From the NCBI GenBank assembly GCA_036447375.1, contig JAZFUU010000009.1:1-59294 (forward strand): a DNA stretch of 59,294 nt. The letters run 5' to 3'. The first letter of the stretch is position 1. Each line of letters begins with the position of its first letter. Of the stretch, positions 51,426-59,294 are shown piece by piece. A program made the position numbers and the translations under genes. Source of the stretch: Myxococcota bacterium (GTDB lineage Bacteria > Myxococcota_A > UBA9160 > SMWR01). The notes beneath the pieces are model-generated. The model made no database searches. It saw only the letters and a program-made list of their open reading frames with translations, and was not told where the DNA came from.

Positions 51426-52154
51426 ATGGGCGACCCCACCGCACCGGCCTGGACCCGCGAGGAATTCGAGCGCGAGCTGCGTTCGCTGGAGCGCCTCTAC
51501 CACATCCACCACGAGTTCCACGAGCGGATGGACTCGGGACAGCTCGACCGCGAGGCCCTCCGCGGTTGGGTGGCGAACCGCTTCTACTACCAGGTCAACA
51601 TCCCGCGCAAGGACGCCGCGATCCTCGCCAACTGCCCGGACCGCGATGTCCGGCGCCTCTGGGTTCAGCGCCTCCTCGACCAAGACGGGCGGGACGGCGA
51701 AGGAGGGATCGATGCCTGGATCCAACTGGGCGAGGCGGTGGGACTCTCCCGCGAGGAGCTCTGCTCGCACGAGCACCTGCTGCCCGGTGTCCGCTTCGCC
51801 GTCGATGCCTACCTGAACTTCGCGCGCCGGGCCTCCTGGCAAGAGGCGGTGGGCTCGTCGCTGACCGAACTCTTCGCGCCGGTCATCCACCAGCGACGCC
51901 TCGACAACTGGCCGCGGCACTACCCGTGGATCAAGCCCGACGGCTACAACTACTTTCGGCGTCGGCTGGGCGAGGCGCACCGCGACGTGCAGCACGGACT
52001 CGAGCTGACCCTCGACGGGTGCCGAACTCGCGAGAAGCAGGACCGCACGATCGAAGTCCTGCGCTTCAAGCTCGACATCCTCTGGACGATGTGCGACGCG
52101 ATGTGGCTCGCCTACGTCGAGAAGCGGCCCCCGTATCATGGGACACGCGCTTAG
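51426..52154 (+). CDS. pqqC: Pyrroloquinoline-quinone synthase PqqC
   Basis: ATG 51426. [48 protein letters not shown]...[23 protein letters not shown] is typical PqqC. Length is 242 aa. Confidence 0.92.
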   Translation: MGDPTAPAWTREEFERELRSLERLYHIHHEFHERMDSGQLDREALRGWVANRFYYQVNIPRKDAAILANCPDRDVRRLWVQRLLDQDGRDGEGGIDAWIQLGEAVGLSREELCSHEHLLPGVRFAVDAYLNFARRASWQEAVGSSLTELFAPVIHQRRLDNWPRHYPWIKPDGYNYFRRRLGEAHRDVQHGLELTLDGCRTREKQDRTIEVLRFKLDILWTMCDAMWLAYVEKRPPYHGTRA

Positions 52155-53257
52155 GAATCATCCGGGGCTGCTTTTCCGAAATGCCGGTACACGAACGGCG
52201 GCGGCACTGCGCCGGACTCGGCCTCGGCGAGGGCCACGACCTCGGCGTGGCGGGGAGAGAGCTCGCAGGCCGGATCCGTGTTGGCCGCGTCGCCGGTCAA
52301 GGCCAGCGCCTGGCAGCGGCAGCCCCCCCAGTCCAGCTCGCGTCGTTCGCAGGATCGACACGGATCCGGCATCCACTCGGTTCCCCGGAAGCGTTGAAAT
52401 GCCGCCGAGTTTTCCCAGATGTCGGCGAGGCGGCGCTCGCCTGCGCGCTCGAAGCGCAGGTCCGGAATCGTCTCCGCGGCATGGCACGGCAGCACCTTGC
52501 CGCTGGGTGTGATGTTCAGGAAGCGCCGGCCCCAGCCTCCCATGCAGGCCTTGGGGTACCGCGCGTAGTAGTCGGGCACCACGGTGTCGATCACGAGTAT
52601 GCCCTTCAAACGCTCCGCGGCCTTCGCCAGCACTTCTGTCGCCCGCTCGAGCTGCGCCCGGGTCGGCATGAAGGCGGCCCGGTTCGCAAGTGCCCAGCCG
52701 TAGTACTGAACCTGGGCCACTTCGATGCGGCGGGCGCCGACCTGCACGGCCAGATCCAGGACCTCTTCGAGGCGGTCGATGTTCCCGCGGTGCACGACCG
52801 CGTTCAGCGTGAGCGCGATCCCCGCTTCGCGAACCCACCGGGCCGCCACCAGTTTTTTGGCGTGGGCCCCCGCAGTTCCGGCGATGCGGTCGCCCTCTTC
52901 GCCGCGGGTGTCCTGGAAGCTGAGCTGCACGTGCTCGAGTCCCGCGCGGCCGAGCGTATCCACCATCGCGGCGTCGAAGAGAACACCCGAGGTGATCAAG
53001 TTCGTGTACAAACCGACGCGGGTCGCGTGGCCCACGAGCGACACGAGGTCCGGGTACGCCGTGGGCTCACCGCCAGAGAAATGCACCTGTAGGATTCCGA
53101 GCTCCGCGGCTTCGTCGAGGATCCCCTTCCAGGCATCCGCGGAGAGCTCGGAGCTGGCCTTCTCGAGTTCCATTGGGTTGTAGCAGTAGGGGCAACGCAG
53201 CGGGCAGCGGTGGGTGAGCTCGGCGAGGAGGGCCAGCGGGGGGGCGGGCGCGTTCAT
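52151..53257 (-). CDS. pqqE: PqqA peptide cyclase PqqE (radical SAM/SPASM)
   Basis: [19 protein letters not shown] is the CxxxCxxC motif. A C-terminal Cys-rich SPASM region is present. There is an ATGA overlap with the pqqD stop. Confidence 0.93.
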   Translation of the reverse strand: MNAPAPPLALLAELTHRCPLRCPYCYNPMELEKASSELSADAWKGILDEAAELGILQVHFSGGEPTAYPDLVSLVGHATRVGLYTNLITSGVLFDAAMVDTLGRAGLEHVQLSFQDTRGEEGDRIAGTAGAHAKKLVAARWVREAGIALTLNAVVHRGNIDRLEEVLDLAVQVGARRIEVAQVQYYGWALANRAAFMPTRAQLERATEVLAKAAERLKGILVIDTVVPDYYARYPKACMGGWGRRFLNITPSGKVLPCHAAETIPDLRFERAGERRLADIWENSAAFQRFRGTEWMPDPCRSCERRELDWGGCRCQALALTGDAANTDPACELSPRHAEVVALAEAESGAVPPPFVYRHFGKAAPDDS

Positions 53258-53538
53258 GCGTCGAGGATTCGCTTGTCCGCGAGATCTTGCAGGAGGTGAG
53301 TGACGTCGGTCTGGATGCGGTCGCAGGGGGCGTCGAAGCGTCGGCTGAGCTCGTCCGAGATCGCCGAGACGGTGCGCTCGCCGTCGCAGCGCTTCAGCAC
53401 CTCCACCGCAATCTCATCGGGCAAAATCAGGCGTTCCGGTGCCAACAGGACCCAGCGCTCTCGCTTCTCGTCGAAGCGGAAGCGCACATGCGGCGCCAAG
53501 CGCGGCACCGAAGCCGCCCCGATGAAGGTGCGTTTCAC
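53254..53538 (-). CDS. pqqD: PqqA-binding chaperone PqqD
   Basis: 94 aa. PRLAPHVRFRFDEKRERWVLLAPERLILPDEIAVEVLKRCDG is a typical PqqD pattern. It lies directly upstream of pqqE. Confidence 0.9.
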   Translation of the reverse strand: MKRTFIGAASVPRLAPHVRFRFDEKRERWVLLAPERLILPDEIAVEVLKRCDGERTVSAISDELSRRFDAPCDRIQTDVTHLLQDLADKRILDA

Positions 53539-53596
53539 GGTCGAGGAACCCCGGATTCAGGGCCGGGCGACTGGAGTCCGGAAGGACCCGCCGAAG

Positions 53597-53680
53597 CTAC
53601 AGCTCCGCGCAGGCGTAGCTGTTGATCTCCATCCCGAGCTGGATCTCCTCGATCTCGGGCGTCTTCCATTTCAACAGCAT
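53597..53680 (-). CDS. pqqA: PQQ precursor peptide PqqA (27 aa)
   Basis: Found by hand on the minus strand: GGAGGAAGAGC-ATG, MLLKWKTPEIEEIQLGMEINSYACAEL, stop TAG. The W-x-x-P ... E-x3-Y (EINSY) core matches known PqqA peptides. It lies 58 nt upstream of pqqD. Confidence 0.85.
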   Translation of the reverse strand: MLLKWKTPEIEEIQLGMEINSYACAEL

Positions 53681-53718
53681 GCTCTTCCTCCAAGTCGCAC
53701 TCGACGGAATTCCAGGTG

Positions 53719-53747
53719 AATATGCCTCGCGAGATCTCGCGCGGCAA
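53719..53747 (-). promoter_or_regulatory. Putative sigma70-type promoter of pqqADE with a palindromic spacer
   Basis: On the minus strand this reads TTGCCG (53747-53742) - 17 nt - CATATT (53724-53719). The spacer contains the perfect 14-bp palindrome CGCGAGATCTCGCG (53728-53741). Confidence 0.35.
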
Positions 53748-53842
53748 CCCGAGAGCGCTGCGCCGTATTTTTGAGATTGTGCGTGAACTGGCCTGGATCA
53801 CTCGGCAGTCGGGCGAGGCCCCAGCGCGCTTCTCTGCCCCTG

Positions 53843-54319
53843 TTAGGCACGCTCGTAGGTACCCATCAGCCGGTTCATCCCGATCACATCCGACTCGACC
53901 GTCTCGAGCAACTGACGCAGCGTGAGACCCGGCTCGAGATCCGGTTCGCGGTCGAGCGCGAGCACCCAGAAGAAATAGCGGTGCGTCCCGTGGCCCTTCG
54001 GGGGCATGGGACCGCCATAGCCCGGCTTGCCGAAGTCGGCCGGCCCCGTCGCATATTCAGCCACCCCCGCCGCCAGGTTCGTCGCCTTGCCCGGGACGTT
54101 GTAGAGCACCCAATGGACGAAACCGATGCTCCCGGACGAGACCAGAGGTGCATCGGGGTCGTGACAGATCACCGCAAACGAACGCGCACCCTTGGGAACC
54201 GCGCTCCACTCCAGCGGCGGGGACGTATCCTCCCCCTCCCCCGTGTGCTTCGTGGGAATGCGCCCGCCCTCTTTGAAGGCCGAACTCGAGACCCTTAGAT
54301 CCGACAGTGCGAACTTCAT
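53843..54319 (-). CDS. YbhB/YbcL-family (PEBP/Raf-kinase-inhibitor-like) protein
   Basis: SPPLEWS..FAVICHDPDAP...FVHWVLYN...GGPMPPKGHGTHRYFF. Length is 158 aa. Confidence 0.9.
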   Translation of the reverse strand: MKFALSDLRVSSSAFKEGGRIPTKHTGEGEDTSPPLEWSAVPKGARSFAVICHDPDAPLVSSGSIGFVHWVLYNVPGKATNLAAGVAEYATGPADFGKPGYGGPMPPKGHGTHRYFFWVLALDREPDLEPGLTLRQLLETVESDVIGMNRLMGTYERA

Positions 54320-55176
54320 TGCGAACCCTCCACCGGGGGGACGAAGCTGGGATTTCGCGCCAAGCGAATGTCTTCCAGGCGAGTCTCGCAGGAGCGCCGC
54401 CAGACGTCCTCGGCGAGGATATAGAAGCGATCGTCGCGAATCCCCTCCAGCACGCGCTGGGCGATCTGCTCGGGCGGAAGACCCGTGCGAAGTCCGTCGC
54501 GGATCGCCTGTTCGGTCAGGTCGCGCTCGGGCGACTCACTCGCACTCTGGGGTCGCTTCAGATGGGAGGGCCGATTGCGCTCGCCTGCGCCGATACGCGT
54601 GGCGACGACCTCGGGGCAGAGCGCCGACACACCGACCTTCGCCCCGCGGAGTTTCAGCTCGTGGTACAGCGACTCGCTCAACGACAGCACCGCATGCTTG
54701 CTCAGGGTGTACATCGCGCAGTACGGAATGCTGGTGACGGCGGCCATCGACGCGGTGTTGACGATATGGCCCTCCTCGCCGTGGGCGAGCAGGTGGGGAA
54801 CGAACGTGCGAACCCCGTGGATCACGCCCCACAGGTTCACGTTCAGCACCCACTCGTAGTCCTCGAGGGGCGCCTCCCAGGAGAGTCCCCCCGCGAAGAC
54901 CCCCGCGTTGTTGCAGACCACGTGGACCGCGCCGAAGGCCTCGAGGGTTGCTTCGGCCAATGCACTCACCGAGTCCGCCTGGCTGACATCGGTGCGCACG
55001 GCGAGAGTCTCGACGCCCCTCTTCTCGAGGTCGAGGGATGCGTTCTGAAGCGCATCGGTCTCGATGTCGGCCAGCACGACCCGCATCCCCTGCTCGCCGA
55101 GCATACGGGCCAGGGCGAACCCGATACCGCTGGCGGCCCCTGTCACCACCGCGACCTTCCCATCGAACTCGCGCAT
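54316..55176 (-). CDS. SDR-family oxidoreductase
   Basis: GKVAVVTGAASGIGFALA, NNAGV and YTLSKHAV. There is an ATGA overlap with the downstream gene. Confidence 0.9.
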   Translation of the reverse strand: MREFDGKVAVVTGAASGIGFALARMLGEQGMRVVLADIETDALQNASLDLEKRGVETLAVRTDVSQADSVSALAEATLEAFGAVHVVCNNAGVFAGGLSWEAPLEDYEWVLNVNLWGVIHGVRTFVPHLLAHGEEGHIVNTASMAAVTSIPYCAMYTLSKHAVLSLSESLYHELKLRGAKVGVSALCPEVVATRIGAGERNRPSHLKRPQSASESPERDLTEQAIRDGLRTGLPPEQIAQRVLEGIRDDRFYILAEDVWRRSCETRLEDIRLARNPSFVPPVEGSQ

Positions 55177-55217
55177 GAAACCTCCTGGTAGACGGCGATT
55201 CTACCCTCCGCCCCCGC

Positions 55218-56315
55218 TCAGAGCGACAGAACGGTGCGGACGCCCCGCCCGGCGGCGAGGTCGGCAAAGGCCTCATTGATCTCGTCGATCGGCCGTCGCG
55301 AGGTGATCAGCCCCTCGAGGTCCAGGTGTCCCGCCCGCCACAGCGAAAGCAGCCGCGGAATCTCGTGCAGGGAATGGCAGCTGCCCAGGACGCACCCGAG
55401 CAATTTCTTGCCCGATACGACGAATAGCGCGGCCGGGGCGATCTCGATCGATTCGTCCAGGGCGGGTGCGCCCACACAGACCACCGTGCCCCCGTTTCGA
55501 ACCGCGGCCAGACCGGCTTCGACGAGTTGCGCTTTCCCGGCGGTCTCGAAGGCGTAGTCGACACCAATTTCCGTCAGCTCTCTCGCACGGGCGACGACAT
55601 CGTCGTCGGTCGGGTCCCAACAGTCCGTAGCACCGAAGCGTTTGGCCACTTCCCGGCGCTCGGCCACAGGATCCGAGACCAGAATGCGCGCCGCCCCCGC
55701 CGCGCGCGCCCCTTGCACCACCGAGAGGCCCACGCCCCCAAGCCCCAGCACCAGCACCGTGGCCCCCGGTTCCACCTCGGCTGTATTGAAGACCGCGCCG
55801 ACACCGGTCTGAACGGCGCAGCCGATCACACAAGCGATGTCCAGGGGCACGTCCCGGGGAATCTTGACCGCGCCGGTGGCCGGAACCAGAGCGAACTCGG
55901 CGAACGCCGCGAGATTCAGGCCGCGGTAGATCGGCTGGCCACCCCGGGAGAGACCGGTGCGACCGTCGGGAAAGGCGTTGGTCAGGATTCCCTGGCTCAG
56001 CGTGCACACGCTCGCCTCGCCGCGAATGCACCAGTAGCAGGTCCCGCAGGGCGGACACGGGGTCAGGACCACCGAATCGCCCGGCTCCAGTCCCTCGACG
56101 CCGGGACCGAGCGCGTCGACGACACCGGCGGCTTCGTGCCCGAGAATGATGGGGACCGGACCGGGAAAGGTGCCGTCGGCCAGACTCAGATCCGAGTGAC
56201 AGACACCGCAGTGCCGAACGCGAACCCGGACTTCTCCGGCGCGGGGCGACTCGATCTCGACGTCGTCCCGCAGGAGCAGAGGCTGACCCTGGACCTCGAG
56301 CACAGCAGCACGCAT
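55218..56315 (-). CDS. Zn-dependent alcohol dehydrogenase (MDR family), paralogue of 2536-3624
   Basis: CGVCHSDLSL..GHEAAGVV..CPPCGTCYWC..GLGGVGLS. Confidence 0.92.
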   Translation of the reverse strand: MRAAVLEVQGQPLLLRDDVEIESPRAGEVRVRVRHCGVCHSDLSLADGTFPGPVPIILGHEAAGVVDALGPGVEGLEPGDSVVLTPCPPCGTCYWCIRGEASVCTLSQGILTNAFPDGRTGLSRGGQPIYRGLNLAAFAEFALVPATGAVKIPRDVPLDIACVIGCAVQTGVGAVFNTAEVEPGATVLVLGLGGVGLSVVQGARAAGAARILVSDPVAERREVAKRFGATDCWDPTDDDVVARARELTEIGVDYAFETAGKAQLVEAGLAAVRNGGTVVCVGAPALDESIEIAPAALFVVSGKKLLGCVLGSCHSLHEIPRLLSLWRAGHLDLEGLITSRRPIDEINEAFADLAAGRGVRTVLSL

Positions 56316-56364
56316 TCGTTCCTCCCGGCGGCGCGATCAGAAGAAACCGCTCACCCTCAGATAC

Positions 56365-56970
56365 TCATCGGCTGGGAATCGCCAGCGAGCGGAGGTGCGC
56401 GGTTTCGTTGAGGCTGGCGAGACTGCGCTCGCCGCTCGCGGCCGCCAGGAAGCGGCTGATGCTGGTGTAGTCCGGCTCGAAGAAGAGCGACGTGTCCATG
56501 CCGAGCACGTGGGCAGCCCAGATGTTCACGACCCCTCCGTGGCACACGACGACAACCCGCTTGCCTCCGCTCTTCGCGATGATGCGTTCGAAACTCGCGA
56601 TCGCGACTCGGCAGAATTCCGGAAAGTCGATCCCCTCGATGAGGCCGCCGTCCATCATCGACCGCCACCGCTCGTAGTCCAGCGCCTTCAGTTCCTCGAG
56701 GGGAATGTAGACGCTGGAAAGGGAGTCGAATTCGGTCACCCCCGGCTCCACCTGAATTTCGAGGCCCAGACTTTTCGCCACCGGCTGAGCCGTCTCCTGT
56801 GCGCGCCGAAGCGGACTCGCGTAGAGGGCGTCGATCGGCTCCGAAGCGATCCACTGTGCCAGGCGCTCGGCCTGACTGAGGCCCTCCTCGCTCAGGGGCG
56901 GATCCGCCGGAAGACCGTCTTCCCTCTCCACCCGGAGGGGCAGCGCGTGGCGGACGAGCAGCAGCTCCAT
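56365..56970 (-). CDS. Histidine phosphatase (phosphoglycerate-mutase-like) family protein
   Basis: ATG 56970 (MELLLVRHALP...LSEEGLSQAERLA...ASPLRRAQETA...VVCHGGV). Confidence 0.85.
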   Translation of the reverse strand: MELLLVRHALPLRVEREDGLPADPPLSEEGLSQAERLAQWIASEPIDALYASPLRRAQETAQPVAKSLGLEIQVEPGVTEFDSLSSVYIPLEELKALDYERWRSMMDGGLIEGIDFPEFCRVAIASFERIIAKSGGKRVVVVCHGGVVNIWAAHVLGMDTSLFFEPDYTSISRFLAAASGERSLASLNETAHLRSLAIPSR

Positions 56971-57058
56971 GCCTTCGGAATAGCACCTCCGCTCGTGCCC
57001 GGCATCCGCACCGTGGCGCCGGTTGCCGATGCTGGGCCGAAAATGCGACTCTAGCGGC

Positions 57059-57721
57059 ATGGATCTCTACGAAGCCCTCTACACCACCCGGGCCATGCGA
57101 CGCGTTCGCCCGGATCCGATTCCCGAAGCCGTGCAGGCCCGCATCCTCGACGCCGCGATCCGCGCTCCTACCGGTGGCAACGCCCAGGGCTGGCGCTTCC
57201 TGTTGGTGGACGACCCCGAGATCAAGGGACAGCTCGGCCCCTTGTATCGCGACGCCCTCAAACAGCTCTTCGATACGATGTACGCGCCTCGCATCGCGGA
57301 GGCCGAGGCAAACCCCGACGCACCCGAGAGCATCGCATTCGGCAAGATGCATCGTTCGGCGCTGCATCTGGCCGAGCACTTCGAGCACTACCCGCTTCTG
57401 CTCTTCGGTTTCGTCCAGCTCGATCCCACGGGCTCGTCCATCTACCCGGCGATTTGGAGCGCCATGCTGGCGGCGCGGGCCGAGGGGGTGGGCAGCGCCC
57501 TGACCACGGTGTTGCTCTTCCGCCTCGAGGAGATGATGCGGATCCTCGGTATTCCGTCCGATGAAAACTGGAAGTTCGCGTGCTGCGTAACCTTCGGCTA
57601 CCCGAAGGGTCGCTGGGGAACGGCACCCCGACGCCCGGCGCACGAGGTCGCCTACCGAAATCGATGGAAGCAGCCCGTCGGATTCGAGCTACCGGACCCA
57701 CTCTGGCCGGGGGCGGACTAA
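57059..57721 (+). CDS. Nitroreductase-family protein
   Basis: ATG 57059 (MDLYEALYTTRAMRRVRPDPIPEAVQARILDAAIRAPTGGNAQGWRFLLV). Confidence 0.88.
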   Translation: MDLYEALYTTRAMRRVRPDPIPEAVQARILDAAIRAPTGGNAQGWRFLLVDDPEIKGQLGPLYRDALKQLFDTMYAPRIAEAEANPDAPESIAFGKMHRSALHLAEHFEHYPLLLFGFVQLDPTGSSIYPAIWSAMLAARAEGVGSALTTVLLFRLEEMMRILGIPSDENWKFACCVTFGYPKGRWGTAPRRPAHEVAYRNRWKQPVGFELPDPLWPGAD

Positions 57722-57738
57722 CGGCGACACAGACTCGC

Positions 57739-57815
57739 TGGTGACCCGGGAGGGATTCGAACCCACGACTTCCTGCTCCGGAGGCAGGCGCTCTATCCAT
57801 CTGAGCTACCGGGCC
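57739..57815 (-). tRNA. tRNA-Arg (anticodon CCG)
   Basis: Hand-folded cloverleaf: acceptor GGCCCGG/CCGGGTC (one G-U), D arm GCTC-AGATGGATA-GAGC, anticodon arm CCTGC-CTCCGGA-GCAGG, T loop TTCGAAT. The CCA end is encoded. There is one U-U mismatch in the T stem. Confidence 0.88.
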
Positions 57816-57830
57816 ACGCTGAGCGAGCCG

Positions 57831-57906
57831 TGGTGGGACGTACTGGGCTCGAACCAGTGACCTCCGCGGTGTGAACACGGCGCTCTACCAACTGAGCTAA
57901 CGTCCC
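57831..57906 (-). tRNA. tRNA-Val (anticodon CAC)
   Basis: Acceptor GGGACGT/ACGTCCC, D arm GCTC-AGTTGGTA-GAGC, anticodon loop TTCACAC, T arm ACTGG-TTCGAGC-CCAGT. The CCA end is encoded. Confidence 0.92.
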
Positions 57907-57989
57907 GCCGACTCGATTCGCTCGCGCAGTTTCGGTGAGCTGACGGACGAATGCAAGCCGTTCCCAGAGCGAACGGAACCCGAAAAAAG

Positions 57990-59294
<1,305 letters not shown>

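Noticed and set aside
50735-53092. 785-aa ORF on the plus strand
   Set aside because: It runs antisense through the crotonase, out of frame through pqqC and antisense through pqqE. It has no motifs and is Arg/Pro-rich.
53539-53596. pqqA-pqqD spacer checked for the attenuator hairpin often described after pqqA
   Set aside because: I found only a weak 5-bp stem (CCCGG / CCGGG, 8-nt loop). That is not convincing without folding software.
53535-53801. 88-aa minus-strand ORF upstream of pqqD
   Set aside because: It covers the pqqA locus in a different frame. The 27-codon pqqA, with SD and the E-x3-Y motif, explains the region.
57739-57906. tRNA-Arg/tRNA-Val pair as a possible genomic-island integration site
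   Set aside because: There is no integrase, no direct repeat of a tRNA 3' end, and no compositional break that I could see in the adjacent genes.
57907-57989. Hairpin CCGTTC-N7-GAACGG downstream of pyrG, considered as a terminator
   Set aside because: On the pyrG (minus) strand the T-run precedes the stem rather than following it. On the plus strand no T-run follows. It is not a canonical intrinsic terminator.

Overview
This is a 59.3-kb GC-rich window (by eye about two-thirds G+C; not computed) from the chromosome of a diderm bacterium. The diderm call rests on lipobox lipoproteins and an AlgE-type beta-barrel ending in Phe. I can support about 55 tightly packed protein genes on both strands. 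Many are translationally coupled through ATGA/GTGA/TGATG overlaps. There are also two tRNAs (Arg-CCG, Val-CAC) and a 5'-truncated pyrG at the right edge.

The content is dominated by acyl-CoA / lipid-type catabolism:
- 5 acyl-CoA dehydrogenases, including two paralogous large/small pairs
- 3 family III CoA-transferase genes (one a complete tandem fusion, one apparently permuted)
- 3 crotonases, one with a degenerate extra crotonase-like N-domain
- 2 acyl-CoA synthetases and 2 thiolase-like proteins
- an HMG-CoA-synthase-like::DUF35 fusion
- 4 SDRs, 2 Zn-ADHs, 2 amidohydrolases, an amidase, a hydantoinase B/A pair and 2 nitroreductases

The less ordinary modules embedded in this are:
1. A co-directional block at 24.5-28.1 kb: a CarF/PEDS1-type plasmanylethanolamine-desaturase homologue, a fatty-acid-hydroxylase-superfamily enzyme and a 2-hydroxyacyl-CoA-lyase/oxalyl-CoA-decarboxylase-like ThDP enzyme. 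A UbiE-like methyltransferase is transcribed divergently from it. I rate this the best candidate for an undescribed system (ether-lipid or 2-hydroxy-lipid remodelling).
2. A 709-aa KaiC/RecA-type ATPase fused to a receiver domain whose phospho-acceptor Asp is replaced by Ser, followed by a long uncharacterised tail.
3. An atypically organised pqq cluster. pqqA (27 codons, below the ORF-track cutoff), pqqD and pqqE are on the minus strand. They converge on pqqC with overlapping stop codons. There is no pqqB in the window.
4. A translationally coupled pair of a lipobox-bearing FkbM-type methyltransferase and a membrane-anchored SGNH hydrolase.

I found no rRNA, CRISPR, transposase, integrase, phage gene or recognisable defence gene. 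I recognised no classical DNA-binding regulator and no inner-membrane transporter. The many 500-900-aa Arg/Gly/Pro-rich ORFs in the track are antisense or shadow frames typical of high-GC DNA and were rejected. A myxobacterial or related uncultured lineage would fit the CarF homologue and the GC content, but that is only a guess.
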